A program made the translations under genes and the position numbers. Below the pieces are notes generated by a model, which did no database searches, was not told the DNA's origin, and saw only the letters and a program-made list of their open reading frames with translations. Of a DNA stretch of 27,443 nucleotides, positions 16,821 to 26,047 are shown piece after piece. This DNA is from a virus (Duplodnaviria; Caudoviricetes), in the IMG/VR virus record IMGVR_UViG_3300034777_000409, positions 1-27,443 of that record. One strand, given 5' to 3'. Positions within the stretch are counted from its first letter, which is position 1. Each line of letters begins with the position of its first letter.

Positions 16821-17741
16821 ATGGCAGTAAGCGTAGATAAAGTATACAGAACTGTTTTGTTAATAATGAACAAAGAGCAGCGCGGTTACTTAACCCCTGA
16901 TGAATTTAACAAGATTGGTGCGCAAGTTCAACTTGAGATATTCAATGAATATTTTGAAGATTTAAACCAACAATTGCGGGTCCCTGAAAATGACAGCGAA
17001 TACGCAAATAGAGTTAAGAATCTTGAAGAAAAGCTCGCTCCATTTAAAAACGTACCGGCTATTGCAACGTACGTTTCAAATTATTTTAACTTGCCAACAC
17101 CTTCTTCAATAATTGGGCAAGAGTCGTTTACGACAGTAGCGGGAACGCAATCCTATTATTTTTCAAGCTTACAAGCCGCTGACATTCTGGCAGGCACCCT
17201 TGAGGTGTTTTTAGATGGTGTTAGAATAAACGAGACTACTGATTATGTTATTTCGCCGGGTGGTGGATTTATACAGTTAGTTGCAATACCGGTAGATGGT
17301 TCAGCATTGCAAGTTAATTTGTATGAAAATGATTTTTATAAAATTGGGACTGTAATATATAATGACGAAAAAGAAGTTGAAAGGATTGATAGAAATGATT
17401 TTCTTAATATAAATATGTCACCATTAACAAAACCCACATCTAAATACCCTATATACATATTTGAAAACAATAAGTTATATGTTTATCCTACAACTATTAC
17501 AAGCGGCATAAAGGCTTCATACATAAAAAAACCTAGAAATATAAACTGGGGCTTTACTTCAAGCGGAAGTGGTTACAACTATGACGCATCAAGTTCGGTT
17601 GACTTTCAACTGCACCAATCAGAGCAAACTAGTTTAATAATTAAAATTCTTTTATATGCTGGAGTAGTCATAAGAGACCCTCAAATAGTTCAAATGGCTG
17701 CAGGAAAAGTTCAGCAAGAAAAGGTAAATGAAAAAAGCTAA
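16821..17741 (+). CDS. Head-tail adaptor / tail ring protein with an inserted beta-domain
   Basis: Helical N-terminus (GYLTPDEFN...AQ), LYVYP...YIKKP and a helical C-terminus, typical of podovirus tubular/ring proteins. Confidence 0.65.
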   Translation: MAVSVDKVYRTVLLIMNKEQRGYLTPDEFNKIGAQVQLEIFNEYFEDLNQQLRVPENDSEYANRVKNLEEKLAPFKNVPAIATYVSNYFNLPTPSSIIGQESFTTVAGTQSYYFSSLQAADILAGTLEVFLDGVRINETTDYVISPGGGFIQLVAIPVDGSALQVNLYENDFYKIGTVIYNDEKEVERIDRNDFLNINMSPLTKPTSKYPIYIFENNKLYVYPTTITSGIKASYIKKPRNINWGFTSSGSGYNYDASSSVDFQLHQSEQTSLIIKILLYAGVVIRDPQIVQMAAGKVQQEKVNEKS

Positions 17742-17744
17742 TAA

Positions 17745-18899
17745 ATGGGATTAATAAACGAAACTAATAGACAATATTACGCTGGTGCACAAAGTTTTCA
17801 ATCAGCAGGCACCGAAACTGAGTTTCAATTTACTTTTGACGAGCAGTTAAAATTATATGATTCTAATTCATGGGACCCAAACAGCCCGGATTACATGCAA
17901 AACAACTTCATATTTGAATATAGCTTAACAGGCGTAAGCCCATATACCCCTGTTGCAACACAGTATAGTATATCAAATAATAAAATAACACTTGCAACTG
18001 GTGCGTTTGCAATTGGTTATTATAGAGTAAGACTCAAGGATCTTAATTATGGTGGTTATTCTTATATATCAATTGATGATATTATAAATAATTTTCTTAT
18101 GATTTATGTTGGTGAAGGAAAGTTAATACCTTCAATGAAGCGTACAGATTTAATATTCTTTGCTAAAAGAGCAATGCAGGAGTTTAGTTATGACACTTTA
18201 AAGTCCGTGAAGTCCCAAGAATTAACAATACCAAACAACTTAAGTCTTCCATTGCCTCAAGACTATGTTAACTATGTTAAAGCAGCCTGGACGGATAGTA
18301 TGGGTATTGAGCACGTTATATACCCCACTAGGCTAACCTCTAACCCTACGGAAATGCCAATACAAGATGGCAAGGGCATACCAACGCAAGATAACTTTGA
18401 TAATAACATAACAGGCACCTCAATAGTTGAAGAAAAGTGGGGGGCTGCTGATATGAAAAAAATTACCGGCGCATATAACGAAGTCTTTGAAGATGCAGGT
18501 ATCGATAATTTTACCTACAGTAGAATTGGTAAAGGCCAAAGATACGGAGCAAACCCTGAAACCACGCAGGTTAACGGATTCTTTACTATAAATGAAAGGG
18601 AAGGTAAGTTTTCATTTTCAAGTGATTTAGTTAATAAAGTTATTATATTTAAATATATTTCAGACGGGTTAGCTTATGACACTGACATGCTTGTTCCTAA
18701 GATGGCCGAGGATGCCTTTTATTCGCTCATACTCTACTCCGTTTTATCCGGAAGGGTAAACATACCAGAGTATATAATTAATCGCGTTAGAAGAGAAAAA
18801 TCGTCAAAGTTAAGAAATGCTAAAATTAGACTTTCAAATATTAAGATTGAAGAAATTACACAAGTATTAAGAAATAAATCTAAAATAATTAAACACTAA
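17745..18899 (+). CDS. Tail ring / tubular structural protein
   Basis: LPLPQDYVNYVK and YISDGL motifs, helical ends, position in the tail module. Confidence 0.65.
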   Translation: MGLINETNRQYYAGAQSFQSAGTETEFQFTFDEQLKLYDSNSWDPNSPDYMQNNFIFEYSLTGVSPYTPVATQYSISNNKITLATGAFAIGYYRVRLKDLNYGGYSYISIDDIINNFLMIYVGEGKLIPSMKRTDLIFFAKRAMQEFSYDTLKSVKSQELTIPNNLSLPLPQDYVNYVKAAWTDSMGIEHVIYPTRLTSNPTEMPIQDGKGIPTQDNFDNNITGTSIVEEKWGAADMKKITGAYNEVFEDAGIDNFTYSRIGKGQRYGANPETTQVNGFFTINEREGKFSFSSDLVNKVIIFKYISDGLAYDTDMLVPKMAEDAFYSLILYSVLSGRVNIPEYIINRVRREKSSKLRNAKIRLSNIKIEEITQVLRNKSKIIKH

Positions 18900-21800
18900 T
18901 GGCTGAGGCTAAAAATAGTTTTCTAAAGGCAAAAATGAATCAAGACCTGGACGACAGGTTATTGCCTAATGGTGAATATAGAACTGCTCAGAACATACTT
19001 GTTGGTAAATCTGAAGAAGACAGTGTTGGCACGCTTGAAAATATAAAAGGTAATAAGTTAATAGCTGCTACCGACTTAGGCACTTTTCCTCCGTATGGCC
19101 CCGCTTATATTATTGGCTTTCTTATGGACGAAACCAATGATAGAATATACACTTTTTTAACTAACTGGACTGAATTAGGTGACGCTCCAAGTGATGCGTA
19201 TTGCTGTATTAGAGTTTTAGAGGTTAGTAACGGTACGCAATACACTTCTCTAGTTGAAGGTAGTTTTTTAAATTTTTCAACAAGAAATAATATTATAGGC
19301 GTTAATCTTATAGAAGATTTATTATTTTGGACAGACAATAGAAATCAGCCAAGAAAAATAAATGTAGAAACAGCAAGAAATAATTCTACATATTATACAA
19401 AAGAAAATCATATATCTGTAGCAAGGTATAATCCATATTTACCTATTGAGCTATACAGAGAAGAAGTAGAAAAAGTTACAGTCGTAAGTACAAATACAAT
19501 AACTGTTAACAGCAACTTAAACATTACTGCTGGAATGACGGTATTAACCATTTCAGCTGCTAACCCAGCGGCAGGGGCCAATGCTAATTCTTATTTATTA
19601 GTACAAAGCGTAGACAACACTTCGCCAACCTCCACAGTAATAACTCTTTCTGAAGATGTTACTTCAATTATTTCCGTAGGTGATACAGCTTATTTTTTAG
19701 GATCTACAATGACTGACAAGTCCAATATTACTACCTGGCCAGGTGATCCTAATTATTTAGAAGATAAATTTGTAAGATTTGCTTATAGGTTTAAGTTCGA
19801 CGATAATGAGTATTCTATATTTTCTCCATTTACACAGATAGCTTTTATACCAAAACAAAAAGGTTATTTTATAAATGGCGATCAAAATAAAACGCTTAGC
19901 AGTTCTGTGCTAGATTTTTTTGAAAATGGAATAAATGATATAGAGCTTATTATACCGCTACCGGACGCGGCTAATAACATTGAAAATTCTTACAAAATAA
20001 AAGAAATTGAAATTCTTTATAAAGAATCGGATAAGCTTGCTGTCAGAGTATTAGACACTATACAAACACCAATAGACAGCTCATACGCTTATTATGTTTA
20101 TTCTTATCAGTCAAGGAAACCGAAAACAACTATTACTCAAGATCAGACCACAAGAGTATATGACAAAGTACCTGTTAAAGCTTTTGCTCAATCAGTAGCG
20201 GGAAACAGGGTAATATATGGCAATTTTCAAACAAAGCACACGCCTCCTAATAATATTGGGTACAACGTTTCTGTTCAGCAGAAAGGGGGCACATCAGGAT
20301 CTACTAACTTCATAGAGCATCCAAATCACACATTAAAACAAAATAGAAATTATCAGGTAGGCTTTGTATTATCAGATAAATTCGGAAGGCAGTCTGACGT
20401 AATATTGTCGTCTCCAACACAAAGTGTTGTTGATACGGGAGGTTTTTTATTTTCAGGTTCTACTATATATGCGGAATACATAGAAGATGAACCAGCGGGA
20501 TCTGGCGTTCCTGATAATAAATATATAGACTCATCAAAAGCTGATTGGCGTGGCAATGCGTTATTTGTAGCCGTTGACTCTCCTATCCAATCAACTAGAA
20601 GTTCAGCTACGGGCGCCCCTGGCCTTTACGCCGATATTGTGGGCGGTGGTTTTGATTTGTTGTTTGGTCAAATTCCAACAATAAACGGCAATACATACAC
20701 ATTTGTTGTTGATCCAGCTGGGCTAACAGGAGTACCTTCAGAAGGCGAATACCTAAAAGGGGAGTATATAGATTATGTTGAAATTACTAGTATAACTGGG
20801 AGCGGGACTGTTGCGGACCCATACATTATAACAACCAACGGGCAAGTAGACAGTTCATATTTAAAAGATCCGCTTTTACCACAAGCATCTGCAGACACTA
20901 AATTTAGTTTTACTATAAACCCACTAGGGTGGTATTCTTATAAAATTGTTGTAAAACAAGTTGAACAAGAATATTATAATGTTTACTTGCCCAGCGCCAC
21001 TGCCGGCGGTACAATATACCCAAGCAGTATAGACACAAATATTGACACTACTTATTTGTCGCTTATAAACGATAATATTAATAAAATACCAAGAGACTTG
21101 TCTGAAGTTGGCCCTGATCAAAGGCAATATAGAAGTAGCGTTAAATTATTTGGTAGAGTTAATCCAACCGTGGATACAGAGGTGGCGCCGCAAGCTGTTT
21201 TTGGCAATGAACAATTTTACCCAGGTAGGAGGTCGGATACATCGACTAACATAGGGCAACTAGATACGGTATTTTCGGATGTGCCAACTTTAGACCCCCT
21301 AAAATTTTTGTTTCAAGCAGAAACAGATCCTATTGTAGTTAGGGTATCTACTGGAAAACAATTTGGCCTAGACGCAGGAGTATTTGCTACTCAACAAACA
21401 AGATTTCAATTAGCTGTATATGAAACAGACCCTTTTGTTTCGGCTATTGACATATTTTGGGAAACCGCGTCCGCGGGCTTGGTGTCAGATTTAAATGCCG
21501 ACGTTTTCGTTGGCTTTGAAGGTCCAGTAGGCTTTCAGCCTATTCTATGGGATTTTCCAGAAAGTAAAGAAATAGGAGAAGACCTTACAACAGACTTCGC
21601 TCCGATTAATGTTCAAGGAAACGCGCTTCAAGCAACAGAATTAAATTCGGTAAATGGATTTACGGTTACCTCGGGTAGAGGAGATGTTACCAGCGATTTT
21701 AGTATTTCGCAAAATTCCGGGGGAGAGTACAAAATATCTTTAGTTAACCCTTATACATTTATAGTTGACAGCGATGAAAAAGATGAGTTTACGTTTGAGC

Positions 21801-23257
21801 TGAACATCGTGGATCTTACGCCTAATTCAATTTGGGAACAAGCAACATTATCTTTTACTGAAAAATTAACTAATGTAGTGCCCTCTTATACATTTCCTGT
21901 TCCATCTAGTCCTTATTATTATATAAATGACACATACACAGCAGGGCAAACTATTCATGATTTTGGCGATTGGAATAATAACGCAAGAAATAACGGGGAT
22001 TATAGCTCAAACGACGGCCCTACAACAATACCAAACAATACTGGATTAGTTTGGGAAATAACAGCGGGTAACAGTGATGGCTATTTCGCTATTAACTCTA
22101 ATACAGGCGTATTAACATTAACTAGCGCAGGCGTAAACGCAGGTGTAGGCACATATTGTTTAGACTTAAAATTAACCGACGCATCAGAGGGGACTGAGGC
22201 TCTTAGCGTAACTAAATCCCCCTGTATTGTAAAAGGCTATCCTCCTATAAATAACGGAGGCAGCCAAGGGGGCAATGGTAGTTTTTACATTCCAGGTGGG
22301 GGATGCCAAGCGTTGCCTACAGACGGTAGCTCAACAGGTACATTTATTTATTATTTAGCCGATAACACTATACCTAATAATCAGCTACCAGAACAAGCTA
22401 ATAACTACGGCAGTGACGGCACTACTCCAACTCCACCATTTAGAATGGGGGACGCCTTAGACCAAGGCCAAATGCTGGTAAATTTTCAAGGTACTTTTCA
22501 GGTTGACCCATTTTCCCCGTGCGATGGCAATGAATACAACTCGTCCTCAGAGCAGACTATTAAATTTAGAATATATTACAGAGCTTCTGGTTCCAGCGGG
22601 TGGAATCTTATAAATGATTTAAATAATTACCAAAGCGAATTAACATATGTTTTAAGAAGCAGCAATAACGCTAGCATCTCGGTTCAAAATGATGTTCATG
22701 CAAATGTTTACGCTGCATACGGGAACGGCGGAGAATATTGTTTTGTTGTTGAACACACTTCTTTTTTAGATACTTCCGGGAATTCAGGCTATTTGGTTTA
22801 TACTTATGATCATGCCATTAGCGTTATTGACTTGCATGATGCTACTAATCCAAGCAAATTTTCAATAGATACATCCGGAAGTTCTGCGGCTATATGTAAA
22901 CCCAATGATACTACACCGTTTGTTTATTCGAGTGCAAAGCTTCCTGATTATGCAGAAATTTTATTTGACGACTCAGCTCTTTTAACGGTTTTTCAGCCCA
23001 CGGTAGGGTTACAATATTTTCCATTAAGAATTAGCGAAGTAAATGGCGCTTCCGCCGATGACAAAACTAAGCAGTCTACCGCTACGCCGTTGATAGGGGG
23101 ACATGAAATCACAGTGAATACAATATTAGACTCTAACGGCTCTAAGCAAACCACAGCCTCTGGTGCGTATGCGGTTATTAAATATGATCATAATGTTTCG
23201 GGTTGTCTAAGTCTAGCTAGCCCGCAGCCACCCAATAGACAACTAGTTATAACGTAA
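18899..23257 (+). CDS. Large tail stabilisation/muzzle-like protein with C-terminal beta-sandwich (cadherin-like) domains
   Basis: KMNQDLDDRLLPNGEYRTAQN start, LLFWTDNRNQPRKIN, FAYRFKFDDNEYS, GNRVIYGNF; T/S/G/N-rich C-terminal third. Confidence 0.7.
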   Translation: MAEAKNSFLKAKMNQDLDDRLLPNGEYRTAQNILVGKSEEDSVGTLENIKGNKLIAATDLGTFPPYGPAYIIGFLMDETNDRIYTFLTNWTELGDAPSDAYCCIRVLEVSNGTQYTSLVEGSFLNFSTRNNIIGVNLIEDLLFWTDNRNQPRKINVETARNNSTYYTKENHISVARYNPYLPIELYREEVEKVTVVSTNTITVNSNLNITAGMTVLTISAANPAAGANANSYLLVQSVDNTSPTSTVITLSEDVTSIISVGDTAYFLGSTMTDKSNITTWPGDPNYLEDKFVRFAYRFKFDDNEYSIFSPFTQIAFIPKQKGYFINGDQNKTLSSSVLDFFENGINDIELIIPLPDAANNIENSYKIKEIEILYKESDKLAVRVLDTIQTPIDSSYAYYVYSYQSRKPKTTITQDQTTRVYDKVPVKAFAQSVAGNRVIYGNFQTKHTPPNNIGYNVSVQQKGGTSGSTNFIEHPNHTLKQNRNYQVGFVLSDKFGRQSDVILSSPTQSVVDTGGFLFSGSTIYAEYIEDEPAGSGVPDNKYIDSSKADWRGNALFVAVDSPIQSTRSSATGAPGLYADIVGGGFDLLFGQIPTINGNTYTFVVDPAGLTGVPSEGEYLKGEYIDYVEITSITGSGTVADPYIITTNGQVDSSYLKDPLLPQASADTKFSFTINPLGWYSYKIVVKQVEQEYYNVYLPSATAGGTIYPSSIDTNIDTTYLSLINDNINKIPRDLSEVGPDQRQYRSSVKLFGRVNPTVDTEVAPQAVFGNEQFYPGRRSDTSTNIGQLDTVFSDVPTLDPLKFLFQAETDPIVVRVSTGKQFGLDAGVFATQQTRFQLAVYETDPFVSAIDIFWETASAGLVSDLNADVFVGFEGPVGFQPILWDFPESKEIGEDLTTDFAPINVQGNALQATELNSVNGFTVTSGRGDVTSDFSISQNSGGEYKISLVNPYTFIVDSDEKDEFTFELNIVDLTPNSIWEQATLSFTEKLTNVVPSYTFPVPSSPYYYINDTYTAGQTIHDFGDWNNNARNNGDYSSNDGPTTIPNNTGLVWEITAGNSDGYFAINSNTGVLTLTSAGVNAGVGTYCLDLKLTDASEGTEALSVTKSPCIVKGYPPINNGGSQGGNGSFYIPGGGCQALPTDGSSTGTFIYYLADNTIPNNQLPEQANNYGSDGTTPTPPFRMGDALDQGQMLVNFQGTFQVDPFSPCDGNEYNSSSEQTIKFRIYYRASGSSGWNLINDLNNYQSELTYVLRSSNNASISVQNDVHANVYAAYGNGGEYCFVVEHTSFLDTSGNSGYLVYTYDHAISVIDLHDATNPSKFSIDTSGSSAAICKPNDTTPFVYSSAKLPDYAEILFDDSALLTVFQPTVGLQYFPLRISEVNGASADDKTKQSTATPLIGGHEITVNTILDSNGSKQTTASGAYAVIKYDHNVSGCLSLASPQPPNRQLVIT

Positions 23258-23288
23258 TAAACTTAAATAATAGGTGATTAATTAATAT

Positions 23289-24890
23289 ATGGCAGCTATA
23301 ATTGAACTAAAGTATTTTAACTCTTTTTGGTTAAAGAAGATACAAAGCATTGCTGACGTTTTACCTAGTTCAGCTGATGGAGGTGCAGAAGGTGATTTCC
23401 AATCTCAAAATGGGGCTATAATAACTATTAGCACCGGCTTAAGCTTACAACAAATGAACGTAGGCCAAAAGGTCACATGCAGCTACGGCAATGCTGATTT
23501 TTATGAAGGTTTTATAGTTGAGCGCACGAGTGATGATACTTTTGTTTTAAACGAAGCACCAAATCCAGCTATAACCGGAACTAATGTAAAAATAGTGTTT
23601 GGGCCTATAGAAGATTTTTCTTCAATACCGCAAGCTTATCCTGTTGTAGCTGAGCCCAACTCAGATTGGTTTATAGAAGAAGCAAGGATACGTGGAGGCT
23701 ACAATAATACATCAGTAGACTTTGGGGTTAAGGCATACGCTATAGACGAAGTTAAAAACGCTGAAAATAGAATTAATGCCATGATTTATTCTGGTATTTA
23801 TAATTCAAAAACAGGCATTAATAACACAAACCAGTTTTCTGCAGCGGAAGATATTACAAAAGCGGTTGACCCTGTTTATGGTTCAATACAAAAGCTTTTT
23901 GCCGAAGACTCTAATTTAATTATATTTCAAGAAGACAAAGTTAGCAGAGCTTTAATTGACAAAGACGCAATATATACAGCGGAAGGAAACCCTGTTACAA
24001 CTTCAACTGATTTAGTTATAGGTCAAGTACAACAATACGGCGGTGCTTATGGAATATCTAAAGATCCAGAAAGTTTTGCAGTCTATGGCTATAGAAAGTA
24101 CTTTTCAGACAGAAAGCGAAATGCCATACTTAGGTTATCTATGGATGGTATTGAGGAAATATCACGCTATGGTATGAGCGACTTTTTTAGAGATCAATTA
24201 TCTATTCAAAATTCAAACCTTAAAGTTGTTGGCGGGTATGATTTACATACAAAAAAATACGAAATTTCTATATTAAAAAGTGGCCAATATACAAATTTAT
24301 CTGGGGAGTTAGCTTATAATGCGGGTATATACGAAACATTGTCATTTGACGAAAGTGTTAAAGGCTGGACGAGTTTTTACACATATGGCCCCGACTATTT
24401 GGGTAGCTTAAAAAATAAGTTTTATTCATTTAAACAAGGCAAAATATACGAGCATTACGATAACAATAACACACGTGGAACATTTTATGATTTTGAAGTG
24501 CCTGCTTCTGTTACTTTTATATTTAACCCCAATGTGTCCGCGGTTAAAAACTTTAAAACTATAAATTACGAAGGGTCTACGGGTTGGGTTGTATCGGAAA
24601 TAACAACAAATGAAGATAATGGTGCATATATAAGCTATTATACGCCTAATACAAATCAAGCTAGTTTAGAAAATAGTTTATTTAGCAATAGTTTTACAAG
24701 AAAAGAAGATAAATATTTTGCTAACATAAAAAATTCAAGCCCTCAAAATAATGGTGAAATTGTGTTTGGAAGATCAATGACTGGTATTAAAGGATTTTTT
24801 GCAACCGCCAAAATGACAATTGAAGAAAATCCAAATCTATTTAAAGAACTATTTGCAGTTTCTACAGAATATGTAGAATCATCTTACTAA
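23289..24890 (+). CDS. Tail stabilisation/muzzle-like protein, C-terminal part (beta-propeller-like)
   Basis: YGSIQKL...LIIFQEDKV, YGISKDPESFA, GWTSFY and KNFKTINYEG motifs of P22 gp10/crAss muzzle-type proteins. Confidence 0.65.
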   Translation: MAAIIELKYFNSFWLKKIQSIADVLPSSADGGAEGDFQSQNGAIITISTGLSLQQMNVGQKVTCSYGNADFYEGFIVERTSDDTFVLNEAPNPAITGTNVKIVFGPIEDFSSIPQAYPVVAEPNSDWFIEEARIRGGYNNTSVDFGVKAYAIDEVKNAENRINAMIYSGIYNSKTGINNTNQFSAAEDITKAVDPVYGSIQKLFAEDSNLIIFQEDKVSRALIDKDAIYTAEGNPVTTSTDLVIGQVQQYGGAYGISKDPESFAVYGYRKYFSDRKRNAILRLSMDGIEEISRYGMSDFFRDQLSIQNSNLKVVGGYDLHTKKYEISILKSGQYTNLSGELAYNAGIYETLSFDESVKGWTSFYTYGPDYLGSLKNKFYSFKQGKIYEHYDNNNTRGTFYDFEVPASVTFIFNPNVSAVKNFKTINYEGSTGWVVSEITTNEDNGAYISYYTPNTNQASLENSLFSNSFTRKEDKYFANIKNSSPQNNGEIVFGRSMTGIKGFFATAKMTIEENPNLFKELFAVSTEYVESSY

Positions 24891-24900
24891 ATTAAATTAT

Positions 24901-25308
24901 ATGGAATTAAAAGCACGTTTATTAACAGACGACGATTGGGAAATACTTTGCTCATGGTGGGAAAAATGGCCAAAATGGGTTAACCCTCCTAAAAGCTTTT
25001 TGCCTGACCAAGGCAAAGGTGGTTTTATGGTTACAAAAGGTAATAAAAATATATGCGCTGGATTTATTTATTTAACAAATTCAGACGCGGCTCTGTTAGA
25101 GTGGATTGTTTCAAATCCAGAATATAGAGAAAAAGATAGAAAACAAGCATTAGAGTTGTTAATAACAACAGCGGAAAACGCTTGTAAGGCATTAGGTAAA
25201 GTGCACATGTTCTCTATCGGCAGAAATAGGCATTTAATAGAAACACACAAAAAATTAGGATGGACTGTTGACAAGGATCCATCGCACGAATTAATAAAAA
25301 ACATATAA
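24901..25308 (+). CDS. GNAT-fold acetyltransferase-like protein
   Basis: ICAGFIY strand, WIVSNPEYRE (motif A-like), HKKLGW (motif B-like); lies before the ejection genes, as in T7/P22-type podoviruses. Confidence 0.65.
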   Translation: MELKARLLTDDDWEILCSWWEKWPKWVNPPKSFLPDQGKGGFMVTKGNKNICAGFIYLTNSDAALLEWIVSNPEYREKDRKQALELLITTAENACKALGKVHMFSIGRNRHLIETHKKLGWTVDKDPSHELIKNI

Positions 25309-25311
25309 ATT

Positions 25312-26031
25312 ATGGCAGTAGTAGCAGCAATTGCAGGTGGCGCTTTAGCGGTCGGTGGAGCGGCAGCCAGCGCTTCCGCAGCAGGTAGAGAAGCAAGGTC
25401 ACAAGGTCGCGCGGCTAAAAGCGCAAGACTGCGCATGGAGGCTATTCAAAATAACAGACAAGCAATTATAAACCCATATGAAAATTTTGAAAGCGTAACT
25501 GGTTTGGCTGAGGATTTACAGAACACTATGAGTAACCCTTATGCTAATTTAAGCGTAGCAACACAAGCCGCTGAATTTCAAGCAGAGGAAGCGGATCTTG
25601 CCTTAGCAAATACTCTTGACACTCTTATGGCCACTGGCGCAAGTGCTGGGGGCGCAACCGCGTTAGCGCAAGCCGCGTTACAAAGTAAAAGAGGCGTGTC
25701 TTCAAGTATTGAATCACAAGAGGCCGCTAATGAAAAAATGAAAGCCGAAGGTGACCAAAAGCTACAAGAAAGACAAGCCGCAGAAGCAGTGCGAATGCAG
25801 AACGTTGCTTTGCAAGATGAGTTAAGACTTCAGTCTGCCGAAGCGCAGGGTAAAGCTTATCAATTTGAAATGAAAGAGCAGCGAGACGAAAACGACCTTG
25901 GGCGTTTAGCGGGAGAAAGGCAACAAGCTTTAGCAGCACGAGCAGCAGCGAAAGCCGGCCAAGCGTCTGCTTTTAGCGGAATGGCATCAATGGGTGGAAG
26001 TATACTCGGCGCAGCAATACCAGGATTATAA
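25312..26031 (+). CDS. Internal virion / DNA ejection protein
   Basis: Ala/Gly hydrophobic N- and C-termini around a Q/E/A coiled coil; position after the tail and GNAT genes. Confidence 0.65.
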   Translation: MAVVAAIAGGALAVGGAAASASAAGREARSQGRAAKSARLRMEAIQNNRQAIINPYENFESVTGLAEDLQNTMSNPYANLSVATQAAEFQAEEADLALANTLDTLMATGASAGGATALAQAALQSKRGVSSSIESQEAANEKMKAEGDQKLQERQAAEAVRMQNVALQDELRLQSAEAQGKAYQFEMKEQRDENDLGRLAGERQQALAARAAAKAGQASAFSGMASMGGSILGAAIPGL

Positions 26032-26047
26032 TAAACAAAAAATCAAT

